64,000 nucleotides of DNA, from NCBI RefSeq assembly GCF_009914755.1, contig NC_060929.1, one strand, 5' to 3'. The stretch is from the human T2T-CHM13v2.0 reference genome, Homo sapiens. The translations under genes were made by a program, and so were the position numbers. The notes beneath the pieces are model-generated. The model did no database searches, was not told the origin of the DNA, and worked only from the letters and a program-made list of their open reading frames with translations. The stretch's first letter is position 1. Each line of letters starts with the position of its first letter. Below, in pieces: positions 32,992 through 47,330 of the stretch.

Positions 32992-33555
32992 TTAAAATAT
33001 TACTTATAGATTATATCACCAGCCTCATTATATAGCTACCAAGTGGAGAGTGAAGAGAACCTTGATAACTCCCTTTACAGAACCTTCACAATTATTCTAA
33101 TTATTATCTGATAGATCAGAGATTACCACTGTGTATTTCAGCTCAATGTAAATGTTAAGTGATCCCTATAGAAAGGAAATCATAATACAGTGTTGGAATA
33201 GACTTTAATCAAATTGACAACATTTTATCTTTATAAAATTTTAACTGAAGAACAGTTGCAATCCAGAAAGCAAGATTTACAGGAAGCACACAGTGACTAG
33301 TCCTGCAAGAGTTTATGTGACTTCTGCTACTATGGATCTCAGTGAAAGCGTTTTAGTCTCCTAGATAATTTTGCAAATGAGTAGACAGGTATAGAGGGAT
33401 TGTGTCACTTTAAATTTTGCAAGAAATTGGTGAAGACCCAGAGTATAATGCATAGGTGCTCATGTCTGATTCCTGGTCATCCACATCAACTTCCCAGAGA
33501 ACAAATGCTTTGAGGGGCCAACTAGAAATTAACTTTAAAAAAGGATAAGAGTCTT

Positions 33556-33884
<329 letters not shown>

Positions 33885-34530
33885 TCATTCTTTCATATTC
33901 TTGGTAGAAGGGAAATTGGACTCTTTGGGCTGCAAGTAACGGAGACAAGGGCTTACTTATAGGAAATATATATAGTAGTACAAGTGTGTCTTATGGAATC
34001 AATGACAGTCATGAAGCCAAGCCTTGGGAAGGGACTCTAATCAGGAAATAGGAAACTGTGAAGCCTGAACATATCTCCACTTCTCTCTGCCTACAATATG
34101 CATTCTTATACCTGCCCTGATTGGCTTTTGATTTTTGTGGTCTATGAAGGGAAGACAATGTTTCACAACTGAATTTACGTGCTATAGGTCTGTCAAAAGT
34201 AAAAACAAATTGGCAGTTCCAATTCTTAATTCCCAGAGAAGGGAATATGAGTGGCCAGCTTGGTCAGGAGTTGACCTGTGGTCCAATAAGGAGATTATAT
34301 TACTGTAAAGAGCTTATTTTTATAGTTCAGCCTCTACAGAGGGAATAGTTCCCAGGTAAGGCAAAATCATTGTGAAAAGATGTCTAAGCATCTGTGAGTG
34401 GAGATGTGCTAACAGAAAGGAAGTATGGGGTTACATTCCCAACTTTTGACAAGTTAGTATCATGAGGTTGCTGTGCAGTGAGAGCAAATGTCATGTTAGA
34501 TGTAATTTGGGGTTAAGAGTCTTAGATTCT

Positions 34531-34933
34531 TGCGATAGTTTACTGAGAATGATGGTTTCCAGTTTCATCCATGTCCCTACAAAGGACATGAACTCATCAT
34601 TTTTTATGGCTGCATAGTATTCCATGGTGTATATGTGCCACATTTTCTTAATCCAGTCTATCATTGTTGGACATTTGGGTTGGTTCCAAGTCTTTGCTAT
34701 TGTGAATAATGCCGCAATAAACATACGTGTGCATGTGTCTTTATAGCAGCATGATTTATAGTCATTTGGGTATAGGATAGCATTGGGAGATATACCTAAT
34801 GCTAGATGACGAGTTAGTGGGTGCAGCACACCAGCATGGCACATGTATACATATATAACTAACGTGCACAATGTGCACATATACCCTAAAACTTAAAGTA
34901 TAATTAAAAAAAAAAAAGTAAAAAAAAAAAAAA
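34531..34933 (+). mobile_element. ~400-bp twin-primed L1 (L1PA2-like); inverted part 34531-34774, sense 3' end 34775-34933
   Basis: Perfect 16-bp TSD AAGAGTCTTAGATTCT (34515-34530, 34934-34949); TT/AAGA endonuclease site; GATGAC-GAG-TTAG diagnostic; A-tail. Confidence 0.95.
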
Positions 34934-35484
34934 AAGAGTCTTAGATTCTACAGGCCTCAGGCTGGACTGCACCACCCAGACTGCTAAGCTTCCCTTAACG
35001 TCACCTTTTCAGTTACTGAAATCAGAGGGCCCCACTGCTGAGAGAATTTTGTGGTTTGATGACAGCTAATCTTTGTATCACACAGGGGTTTCTCAATGTT
35101 GGATATAAGTTCTCTGGCATAAAGCTTGCCTGGTTTTATGTTACGATATCCTGCCTCTAATGACCTCAATAATGTTGCCAACTGCACCGTATTCCAAGCC
35201 AACCTTCTTTTTTTCTGGAATATCTGTACCTTACGAGCAGATTGAGTCTCTTATTAGACAGATTGAAGGCCAGCCAGCTCCTTGATAAAAGGGAACACAT
35301 TTTACAAATGGGTAAAGGAACAATTGCCTCATGGTGCAATATCAGTGGGAGGTTCCCATACCCACTTTCCATCCCCAAGTCCAATGAGGTGTGTTTTGTT
35401 TTCTGAATGAGGTAGGCTTTCTGCAGTTTGGATGAGGCTTTCATCTTTGTTTACACTAAAAATACTACAGAGAGTACTTCCAAG

Positions 35485-36040
35485 TTTTATTTATTTATTT
35501 ATTATTTTTCAACTTTTATTTTAGGTTCAGTGATTACATGTTCAGGTTTGTTACAACGGTAAATTGCATTTCACGGGGGTTCGGTGTACAGATGATTTTG
35601 TCACCCAGGTAGTAAGCATAGGTAGTTTTTTGACCTTTACACTCCTCCCACCCTCCTTGCTCAAGTAGGCCCTGGTGTCTATTGTTCCCATCTTTGTGTC
35701 CACGTGTAAGCAACGTTTAGCTCCCACTTATAAATCAAAACATGTAGTATTTGGTTTTCTGTTCCTGCATTAATTCACTTAGGATAATGACCTCCAGCTA
35801 CATTCATGTTGCTGCCAAGGACATTATTTCATTTTTTCATGGCTGCATACCTTTCCATGGTATATGTATACCACATTTTCTTTATCCAGTACACTGTTAA
35901 TGGGCATCTAGATAGATCCCATGTCTTGCTATTGTGAATAGTGCTGTGATGAACATATGAATACATGTATCTTTCTGGTAGAATGACTTATTTTTTGGGG
36001 ATACATACCCAGCAATAGGACTGCTGGGTTGAATGGTTAT
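35485..36040 (-). mobile_element. Older L1PA (PA13-16-like) 3' end
   Basis: CAACTTTTATTTTAGGTTCAG...GGTGTACAGATGATTTTGTCACCCAGGTAG; ORF2 tail remnant 35897..36157. Confidence 0.85.
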
Positions 36041-37127
36041 TGCACTTGATGAATAAAGTGTTTGGGAGTAGGCTTCAGGCTTCTTTAGCTTTAAGGAAGG
36101 GTTACCACTATGAAAGTAGAAGCCATCGGAATAGAAAGCCACAAACAACCATATCACATCTACTCACCTACCTGCTTTTGTAGGCACATACTCTGCCCTC
36201 CCTGTTGTTAACAGTCTATTCTCCCATCTAAGGCTGACATATATACTACCTCCCAGCCCCCTCATGCTGAATTAGGAAGATTCCACCGACATATTCCCTT
36301 TTTATTTTTTTGGCTAATTATCAAATTTTCTTGCTTTTCTGGATTGTTCCCACCTACATGTATGTATTTGATATTATTTACTTAAAAGAAAGAAATAAGC
36401 TTAACAACCATCAGCATAAATTTTTTAAATCAAATTTAAAATTTCACATAGAAAAAAATCTTTTTACATAATTAACTCATTTTTTTCTACCCAATCATAA
36501 AACTTTACTTTTTATGACTTAAAAACAACAACAAAGAAAAAACCCACCAGGCATGGTCTTCACAAGCAAAAATTAAATTGCTTTAATTTTTCTTATTATT
36601 CTATAATAACATAGTCTTGGTATTATCTAAATGTTGACTTAAAGCTCTTGTTAATGTATTATGAGGAAAGGAAACATAAAACACATTTGAAAGTCATTAT
36701 TATTGCATTGCTGTACAGATCTGAAAATTCAAAGGTGACTTGTGAAGTCAAATTTCATAAACTTCTTTATTCTATATGAAGTGAAGAAGGATTCTGACAC
36801 TTATTCAATTGTTTTTTGTTTTTATTTTTGGCTGAAGTATCTACACTGTAGTAATTTCATGATTTGGTTTAATGATTTTATTAGCTGAAATATGAGACAA
36901 CCACATTTAAATGAAAATAGGAAGGTTATATGTTAACAGAAAAAGTTTCTAACTGGAAGGCAGACATGCCCTTTTCTAAATGTCAGATCTTGGAACCCAG
37001 TCATTTAAGTGTTTTGATGCTGTTTGAGTCCAAAAAATATTTTTGAAAGCTTCAAAGAATTTACTTATATTGAACAGGTCTTAGAGGGAAAGACCTGTTG
37101 AATGAAAGTAACCACATCTATACGTAC

Positions 37128-37490
37128 TGTATTAGCCCATTCTCATGCTGCTATGAAGAAATACCTGAGACTGGGTAATTTATAAAGAAAAGAGGTTTAA
37201 TTGAATCACAGTATCACATAGCTGGGGAGACCTTAGGAAAATTAACAATCATGGCGGAAAGCAACTCTTCACAGAGTGGCAGGAGAGAGAATGAGTGCAA
37301 GCAGGGGAAATGCCAGACACTTATAGAAGCATCAGATCTCATGAGATTCACTTATTGTCATGAGAACAGCATTGGGGACCCACCCCATGATCCAATTACC
37401 TTCATCTGGTCCCACCCTTGACATGTGGGGATTATGAGGATTACAATTCAAGGTGAGATTTGGGTGGGGACACAGAACCAAACCATATCA
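37128..37490 (-). mobile_element. THE1 (THE1C/D-like) MaLR solo LTR
   Basis: TGTATTAGCCCATTCTCATGCTGC...AACCAAACCATATCA; degenerate 5-bp TSD CGTAC/CATAT. Confidence 0.92.
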
Positions 37491-38303
37491 CATATACAGT
37501 GAGATCAACTAACATGTTTATGGGTTTTAAGTTCACTAATAATGAACTGGAGTCTGGGTCACTGTCACAGATGAGAAGTTTCATTTTAAAAGCTTTAAAA
37601 AAGAGAATGTAATAAATTGGTGTTGCCTTTAGGGGATCTTGCTCTAATGTACTTGAAAACATTTACTTATTCAAATTCAAAATGATTAAATCAAATGTTT
37701 GATGAAATTATGAAAAAGATATAAATCTAACCTTAGTTCTTCTTAATGGGGAAACAAAGAGTAAAAATAGCTGGCAAAGTGTGAACTAAATACGTGGCTT
37801 ATTTTACTTTGCATTCCTTGGTGAATGTATATGGGTTTCTAGAATCTCTTGTATTTTATTCCATTGTTAATATAAGCAATGATGTCCAGGCTCTTGACAA
37901 ATGTTAATTTCAATTTTAAATTCTATTTTTCAGGTCAGTCCAATGCCATTAAAAACTGCATAGTTGTCCCAATTTTCAGCCCCTGAAATTACCAAAAAAA
38001 AAAAAAAAAAATCTCTGTTTTCTGAGATAATAGCACTATTTTCCTACAACAAGACTTAAACTGTTTTCAGCACATTACCACCTTAAAAAAATCAATAAAC
38101 CCCTTGGCATAAATATTGAGAATTTAAATTACCAATTGCTTATAAGTGGGCCTTAACTCTAATTTTAGGAAGAGGTTTCTGTTTCCTAATTAGTTCATTT
38201 TATTGGCCTGAGGCTGCACTTAAAAAGAATAAAATTATCCATTATTTTTTCCTAATATCTCCCAAATGTCGTACCTATTAAGAATAGGGACACCGTCAGC
38301 TTT

Positions 38304-38490
38304 CAGCTTTCAATAGGGGTGCTGTTGGCATTATGATGCGTCAGTTCTTCCTTAAACCAGAATGTCTCACAGAAATTGAGGATTATTTGGCATGTCTGGC
38401 CTGAACCCACTAAAAGCCTGGGCTGTCCCCACACATTTCCAAATGTCCTGTAGAGAACAAACCACTCTCAGCTGGAAATCTAAACACCTC
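38304..38490. mobile_element. MER117-like hAT-Charlie MITE
   Basis: CAATAGGGGGTGCTGTTGGCATT...CCCACTAAAAGCC...CCCCACACATTTCCAAATGTCC. Confidence 0.55.
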
Positions 38491-38726
38491 TGAGGAGAAA
38501 GAATTGTTTTATTCAATTTATCTACTTATTATCCAGTTATGGATAATGATTTCTAGGTTATTCATGAGTTGCAGCCAAAGCTTCCTATAGTTTAATTTTT
38601 TTCCTCAAAAGTAATTCAGATGAATATTTTGCTTTTCGTCCACTATAAGCTTATTATAAGGTACAAAACACAAGTTGATTATTTTTTAAATTTTCATTTG
38701 CCTAGGCAAATGAAGTGGTAACTTGA

Positions 38727-38760
38727 ACACACACACAAACACACCACACACACACACACG
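38727..38760. repeat. Imperfect (CA)n microsatellite
   Basis: ACACACACACAAACACACCACACACACACACAC read directly. Confidence 0.85.
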
Positions 38761-38965
38761 CCAGCTTTGTGACTTAGTTACATAACTTTCTTCAGAAAAA
38801 GGACATACTACAAATATTGGAGGCACAGACTTTCAAACACGTTATATCAAAACTTGTAATTAGTGCTTTCAGATCCCTTCTCTTCAGTAAATCCAGAATT
38901 GTTCAGTAAAAACAAACAAATAAACCCCCCCCCAAAACAAACAAACAAATAAAAATGCTGCAACT

Positions 38966-39286
<321 letters not shown>

Positions 39287-40515
39287 CCCCTGCAACTTCT
39301 CTAGTCTTAAACACACCAGTCCTATAGATGGATACTGTGGGTAAGGAGAAACAGAATGAATGAAAATGAAAACATGAACAAGTTAGATTTGACAAAATTA
39401 CACTTCAATTAGTAATGACAAGATACTACACAAAGGTTTGTTTTCCAAATGTGAAATCTCCATTGACTTCACAAAGACATTGTCACACAGCAATCACATA
39501 TTATAAAAAGCACCATCGCAAATGTACCCAAAACCATATTCTATAAAACTGAACTACTGCCTTTGTAAACTTTCATCTGGAAATCTTTTAACCAGCCATT
39601 TCAAGAAGCACCAACCTCATATGCATGCCCACCAATTAAAAAAAAAGAAGAAAAAAGTAGAAAACTTACTATGCATCTATGACTTGAAGAAATACCAGCA
39701 GATACTTCAGCACATCAAAATCCAAGTCCAGAGTAACTGGTTTCATATTTCTTATTATGAGCTCTCAGCAGGAATCTTACTATATGATGAAATATTTAAG
39801 CTAGAAACATCTCTCTTTAAAAGTATTTCAGTTTTTAAGACTCAGTTTCAGAATAAAATTTAATGAATGTTATGTTGAAGACATACAAAATTAAGAGAGA
39901 CGGGTATATTTTAGGGAGAAACTCCTATGTATGCTAAACCGGATTGAGAATCTCTACATTTTAGTTTCCTTTTTAAAAGAAATTGCAACAGAGACTCAAT
40001 GCAAATCCAGACACAACTGTGTTGTTCTGTTTTATCTTCCTACCCCCATCTCCTGCTTATTTTTATCTTTTAGTGCTTTTTTACACAAATTAAACATTGC
40101 AAAAACTATTCCAATTTTTAAAAATCGCAAATTCAGAAAGATTGGAGTTGCATCTCAAATATTTAAAAACAAATCTTACAATTAAAATTTTCAAATAATA
40201 AAAACAGTAGTTTAAAACTTATTTAATTGTCACTTATCAATCCAAAATTATTATCTTTCACTTCATTTTTAATGAGATTGATTTTCGTTTTTAAATAGCA
40301 ATGTCACTACATCAGAATGCGGTGATTTTTTTCTGCATTCGAAATACTTTCAAATTCTATGTTTTTGACAGGTTTTTAGATTACATAGAAAATGAATAAA
40401 AAACATTCTGTTGAATAAAATATACTGAATTATATAATAAGCAAGACACACTCCTTTGGAGGATAAACTGCTGGCAAAACAAAATATCCTGTATATATAT
40501 AAGTGAGCAAGAAAA

Positions 40516-40606
40516 TTCTTTCTCTTTTTTCTTTTTTCTTCTTTCTTCTTTTTCTTTCTTTTTCTGTCTCTTTCCCTTCTTTCCTTCTTTCTTTCCTTTC
40601 TTCTTT
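40516..40606. repeat. Polypyrimidine (CT-rich) low-complexity tract
   Basis: TTCTTTTCTCTTTTTTCTTTTTTCTTCTTTC... read directly. Confidence 0.8.
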
Positions 40607-43600
40607 ACTCTCAAAATCCACTTTTCCTAAAGTATGTTCTACAAAACTGGAATTGAGAATTAAGGTGGGCAGGGAGGAGAGGGAAAATAAAAAGATAAAA
40701 TAAAGACGGATAAAATTATAGCAAACAATTTGTAAAGGCTACAGTCACACTCCAGGATGGTAGGCACTGCTTGAAGTAATTTAAAATGGAGCAAAAGCTC
40801 AGATTTGTATTGTAGTATGAGGATCAAGGAGGAATTTAACACCTGAAACCATTGTGCCTTTTTATTGTAAATGCTGCTTCCTCCTTCCTACCTCCATAGA
40901 AAGGACTTTTTATTTCGCTATTTCTTCCTCTTTGAGGTCCTCTAGGTGTGCATAGTGAGCAGGAAGTTTGTGTCTTCTGGGATAACTCAAAAGATATCTT
41001 AAAAGTCTCATTTTTAAGACTGTGTATATCTGTATGGATAGGGCTCGTGTAACTGACTTCCCAATTTTGGGGTGAAATTCAACCTTTTCTTTTGTTTCCA
41101 TTCTTAGAAAACATGGAGAGGCATTCTTTGATTTAGAAAAATTGAGATTATTAGAAATTTTGCTTTTCTGTGTTCTGTAATCCATTTGGTTATGACAAAC
41201 TTCATACGTGACTGCTGTTTGGAGTCAGTGTGCAAACAAGCATTATCATATTATGAAGAGATTTAATTAACTAGGTAATATGTTTGAATATCCAGTACAA
41301 GGTGAAGGCTGCAAAACAAATTAGTTTTACCCACTATCTGAAAAGCATTCCTTCAAACGGAGGGATTTTCAACGTACTTGATTCTTTACTCATAGATCAG
41401 GTGGTAAAATAACTAGTTTTATTTTTTTATTTTGGCTAAAGTGTTTTCATCTTTTCTTCACTACAACCTAAGGAAGAAAGCTATTATAACATAAGTATAT
41501 GACTGGGTAATTTTTTGTCTTTGTTTTTGGGATTGAATTGAAACATGATGTCATTTACAAGGGTGTAAAGTGACCAAACTTGGAAATAAGCCATGGCCAT
41601 CTCATGGAATTTGTTCCCCAACATTTACAGTTTTTGCAGTGACCAATAGAACAAGTGACCACGTGCAGGTAGTTTATAGGCTGATAGATAGTTCACTGTT
41701 CCATGTGAGAAGGATGAATCAAAACTTAAGGTAGATTGGGTGAAAGATATTTGCTGTTTTTAAGATTATTTGACTTTTTAAAAAACTGTAAATACAAATT
41801 TCACGTAATTTATTTGAACAATGTCTACTCCTTCCTAAGGTCATTTGATTTCCTCAAAATTCAAGGTCAGACAAGGTTATGCTTCAGCCAAGATTTGCTT
41901 TTGGTCCCGTCTTACCTTATCTCTCCTCACCACCATCACTCTCAACTTTGCCTAGAGTTCCGCTCCTCCTAGACCTCTCAGTTGTTTCTCTGTAAACATC
42001 GCCTTAGTACTCAGAGTATGTATGACAGCTGCTGAGTGTATAGTGTCCTTATTTTTACAACATACAAGATCTGACCTGCTTAGAAATCTTTCCTGGTTTC
42101 CTCCTCTGTCAGACAATCTTGCTTCTCTTTATGGCTTTAGATTCAGGCTACCCAATATTAACAAAACCTGTTAAAGTACTCTTTGGGAGCATCAATAGGT
42201 TGGTGTGTGTGTCTCTCCGTCTAGGTAACATCCTTATGTTTTCATAGAGGTCACTGGAACCAGAACACTTAACTCAAATATAGACTGTACTCTCTTCCCT
42301 CAATATTATGGCAGAAATAGGTGCCATTGGTCTCAATAAGGACCAACGGATGCAGTATATTAATAGATGGTTCCCATCACCCATAAGTAGCACGAAATAC
42401 CTGCTTTTTCTGATGTATGATTGTTAAGTTATGGGATAGGGTTCAGCAAAAGCATTAATAGCAACAGAAAGCAAACTATTTATTCCTCTTTCATAACATG
42501 AACCAGAATCAAATAGTTGGAAGCCAATTTTTGAATCTGAAGCAGATAATGTTTCCTGTATCCTGCTATTATTTTTCTCCCCAGCATGTGTTCAATGAAG
42601 ATAAGTCCCGTGAATAATTATCTGACTCCATAAAAACCATTAGGCCAGAGTCCAATGAGATATCACAGCTGTGCTACGGATGAGATAATAGAAAAAGAAC
42701 AACATTCAAAGCTTTTCATAGTATCCATGTATACCTTGAAGAGGGTAGTGGACAGAAGACAGGACCCAGAGTGACGTGGTCCTGACTTCCCTGGGCAGGC
42801 ATTGAGGGGATGGGATTGGAGTTGGAGCCAGGAAGAAAAGTTATTTAAAGAAAGAGCCAAGAGACTGTTCTATGTTATTTATCTCCTAAAACCTAGAGAT
42901 TGGGATAGTTCTTTCTTTCCTCATGTTACTGTGGAAAAGTAGGATGCAACCAAGATGTTACAGTAAACTTCAGGCTCCTAGATAAAGCCAAAAAGCAGGA
43001 TGAAATTGATGGTTCAGGGGCACAGACTCTGAAATTCTTTCTCAGGAAGTGCCTATCATAGGTTCAACCAAAACAAGTCATTAGAACATGTGTAATTCTG
43101 TCCTAGTAAGGTCTAAAAGTTGGCTAGTGTGCTGGTGCCTATATTGCTTCCTCTGGCCAAACTGCAATGTCGGGTTTATTTATTAATGGCTATCTTTCCA
43201 TTAAGCCTGCTTCCACAACCAAATGGAGATTTCTCAGCCTGCCGAAAGGATAAGTCTGACCTCTGTTTGCCTATGTTCTTTAGGCTAGCCTTTTGCTTAA
43301 TTTTTTAAAAGCTGACTTAAAGATATGACTTTAGGCTACATTAGTAACAGAGGGAAATCTTGGCAAATGTCACCGACAAGAGTGAGTGAAAGCTTCAGGG
43401 GTTTGTGCCCCAATGGCCAGGTTTCATCCAAGAGCATTTGTGTCTAAGTGTCAGAATCAGGATATTTTTTAAAACATGTAGATGTTTTCTTCATGATTAG
43501 GTCAAAAGATCAGCTCTACTCACTGGGATCCTATGTTTTAAATAACAAAATGTTTTCTATCTAACTCAAAATACACAGAGTCAAGCTATGTCTATATCAA

Positions 43601-45840
43601 TCAATACATAGAGAATAAAAGTGAAATATTTACTTCTTCTCTTAGATGATTTGTTTTTATCCTGTAAACATTTATGGTGCCTAAATGTTGTTCTGTCTTT
43701 TAATAGATTTGTACTGATACTTGCAAGAAAGAAAATGTCAGAAAGATCACGGTAAGATAAGAGTTAAATGTTTAGGAAGAAGAATGAACAAGAGAAGGAG
43801 ACTTAGGAAGATGTAATGGTCTCTTATACCTAAATAAAGAGAAATAACAAAAAGACCACATATGCAACCACTGAGTGCAAATGTAGTCACAACTGCTGCA
43901 ATGAGTGGCTGTCTCCCACTAGTTTTTGCTTTGGTTTACAGCATGTCCACACTAGTCTTGACTGAAGTTAAAGGAAGATCTGGTTTGCACAAATATTTAT
44001 TATTAAAATGTAATATCAACAATTCCTTAATTTGGAAAAATATGAGGAAATCATCTGTGGGCAGAAAACAATGGCTCAAGGAATTTTTAGAGCAAACAAT
44101 TTTGATATCAGCAACAAATTATTGAAGCAAAAATGGAAATCTCACTCCCTTTGTCTTACTTTTTTAAGACAAGTGGAATGTTTACCTATTATCCAGAGCA
44201 TACCTTTGTAAACCAAGGAATCACTCGAGAATAAAACATCCTTATAAATAAGAGGCACAGAGGGATTGGAAGCTGTTCCCTGATATATGGCAAACACTAG
44301 CATTCCTTCCCTTTGGAAGAGAATGACTTTAATCTCATTTTTGCATACATCCAAAATGAGAATGCAGTTTTCTTAGGATGCTCTAGCAAAGCTCTTTCAT
44401 TCAGACATGGGCACTACCTGGGAACCAAAAAGCTGAACTCTGATTTAAGCTCTGGTCATTATCTATGGAGCCTTAGAAAAAAAAAAAAAACTATCATCTG
44501 GCTTCAGCTTCCATATCTGCAAAACATGGAGATTAATTTAGAGGCATTTAAGGATTCCTCCCAGTACCAATATTTTGGAAATCTGTATTTCTCCCTGAAA
44601 GTTCAGAGAAAGAAAAGAGAGGTTCATAGAAACCATGTCTCTAGTACATGTCCTGTTGGTCATGGGCATTAAAAAATAAAGATAATACTGTGGTTTGAGT
44701 AATGAAGACATTTTTATGTTTGTGAACAATTGTGTTTTCTATGCGAATCTCCAGTTAGGAATTACAGAACAAATAGAATTAGAATTTGTGGTGGTATGCT
44801 TACCGTGTATATAGTTAGGGACTTTTCTCCATGGCCAAAGAAGTATATGTCAACATGTCACAGCCTAATTTTCAAAATTTGTGAAGGAGAGAGATTAAGA
44901 TGTTCTCTTCATTAAAATAGCACAGGAATTTTGGAGAAGATAAACCAAGTACAATAATACTTACAAGGCTCTGGGTTTTAGCACCTCAGCGGGCAAAGAG
45001 ATGCTGTACCAAAATGTCTTCATAGGCAGGCAGATCTGTGAGATGCAGAACATGCTGGCCTGGCCTGCCCTGTGAAGTAAACAAGTCCCTTAGCCTCTTT
45101 TTGTCCCAGATTCCTTGTCCATAAAAAAAAGGGTTGAATATCTTATCTTCCTAGTCACTTTCAGTTCCAGAGTTTTATGACTCTTTAAGAACAGATTAAA
45201 ACGTGGTCAAAGTAATATATAAACAAATTGTACAGATGCATATTTTAAATTCTTAAGAAAATATTAATAAGTTCTTCAAAGACACTCATTTAAATACGAA
45301 TTATTTATGAGCTAATTAAAACTCATAGAGTCACATCACTTTAGATATGAAAGAAACCTTCAGTGTTCCACACATCACTGTATATCATGATTATTTGTGA
45401 ATGTGTCCCTTCCTTGAAAGCTTTTGAGGACATAAATAGTCTATGTTTCTTTGTATCATCAGTGCTTATACCAGTAAAGATATAGAGTGTTTACTAAATA
45501 AAAATTAGTTGAGTAAATTTTGCAGATAAACAGAAACTTGAAAATATCTGCTAAACTACTCAAAGTTTCACACATAGCTAGAATAAAACTTCTCCCTCTT
45601 CTGATACCCAATGCAGAGACAGCTGATTTCTTCTTAAGGCTAAATTGTGATGTTTTCTAAAATGTATCATCGGTAATAACATTTACTTATAAAAACAGGC
45701 CTTCTGAGGACTTCAAGGCAGGACCAATAGAACTGAGCAGAGAGTAAAGCGCACAAAAAACATTTAGTAACTATTGATTGATTGATTGAAACATGAATCA
45801 AATTACTCTTATCTTCTTAAAAGTAATAAAGTTATATCTC

Positions 45841-46374
45841 TGTGGTAGCCATCCCAAGATGGCTGCCTTTCTTTCTCCTGTGCCTGTATTATGTGCTATT
45901 CCCTTACCAAGAGATGAAGCTTATTCCGCCACACCCTTGAATCCCACCCTGCCACTGATTTAACCATTAGAGTACTGACACTATATCAGGTCTGGTCCTG
46001 ACCTTTGGGAGTATAACAGCTTTCACCTTGGTCTCTTGGAGGCCAGAGCCACAATATATAAAGTTCACCTTCAGTGCTGAAGAGGTACTTAGACTATATG
46101 GAGAGAGAGAGAGGCCCATCTTAGCCCAAACTTCCAGCCACCCCCACCCTGGCTCTTGGAATGCGAAGAAAGCTGCCTCAAACCCTCCAGAACAGCTCAT
46201 CTAGCTAAATATCGCAAAGTGACCACAGTCAATGCCTCAAGGAGCAGAAGAATTATACAGCTGAGTCCCGCTTGAATTAAAGTCAGATAAAATATTGAGA
46301 TATAATAAAAGATTATTGTTCTAGATTACTTAGTTTGGGGGTAGTTTATTATGAAACAATAAATAACTGGAACA
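45841..46374 (+). mobile_element. MLT1F/G-like MaLR solo LTR
   Basis: TGTGGTAGCCATCCCAAGATGGCTGCC start; AGTTTGGGGGTAGTTTATTATGAAACAATAAATAACTGGAACA end. Confidence 0.8.
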
Positions 46375-46859
46375 CTTCTTTATTGAACAAGTATATAATT
46401 TTACTTTTCTATTTTTCTATATTAGGAAATTAGAAAATAATTCTAATTTTCTGTAAGTAAAATTTTGCTGACCCCCCTACTCTTATCCCAAATAAATACA
46501 AGTTAGAAAGATTTAATAATGCTAATTTCAAGCTTTGCTATGTTAAGAATATGTCCAGGATATCAGCATTAAGAAAAGCTATAGCTAGCTTCTTTATTTT
46601 ATAGAAAGGAAGTTAATTGTAATGTGATTTATGGTGCATAAGCTACAGTATCAATTTCTTTCCCCATAAATGTGCCCTACCTTTTACAGAGAAGCCAATT
46701 GAAGCAGTAAAAATTTGTCTTAGTACAGGCATTTATTTGGCCAAAAGAATCCTGAAAGAATGACTGTTGTATGTAAGCTGTTTCAGTCCCTTTCTTCCCC
46801 TTTTCCTTATCCTTTATTTAATATTTCCATTTTCATTTTAGACTCCTAACTCACTTATG

Positions 46860-47330
46860 TATGGATTCTTTCAGGAAATCTTTATTGAATGCCTGCATTC
46901 CTGATACAGTCCTAGGCACTGAAAAAAAGGGTATGATTACTAAGAGATAGTCATGTACATCAAAGAATGTGAATTCTATTACAGGAGAAAAATATATTAA
47001 TGCACAGTGTCCACAGGGTACAATAAGTATAAAATTGAAGTAAGTGCAAAGGTGAATGAGAACTTAGTGCCTACAACAGTAGGGGAAGTTATCCCACAGA
47101 AGGTAAAGTTGGGTCTTGCAAGATAAATTTTGCAGACAAAAAACAATAGAGACATTTCAGGCAGAGAGAATGACATCTGTAAAAGCATGAGAAAGTAAGG
47201 CAAAAATGGCAAAACTTCCATTGTTAATATAGCAAAGAATTGACAGGAGGGCAGGGGAATAATAAGAGATAAATAATGGGCTACAACAGTTGTGGGCTGA
47301 GGGCAAAGAGTGAAGAATGCATGCCATGAG
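46860..47330 (-). mobile_element. L2 LINE 3' fragment
   Basis: TTTATTGAATGCCTGC...CAGTCCTAGGCACTG; GACATTTCAGGCAGAGAGAATGACATCTGTAAAAGCATG. Confidence 0.65.

Noticed and set aside
40381-40703. Lys/Glu-rich and Phe/Ser-rich ORFs
   Set aside because: Translation of a CT-rich low-complexity tract.
41643-41665. CCAAT...CCACG as an ER-stress element (ERSE)
   Set aside because: The spacer is 11 nt rather than the required 9, and there is no promoter context.
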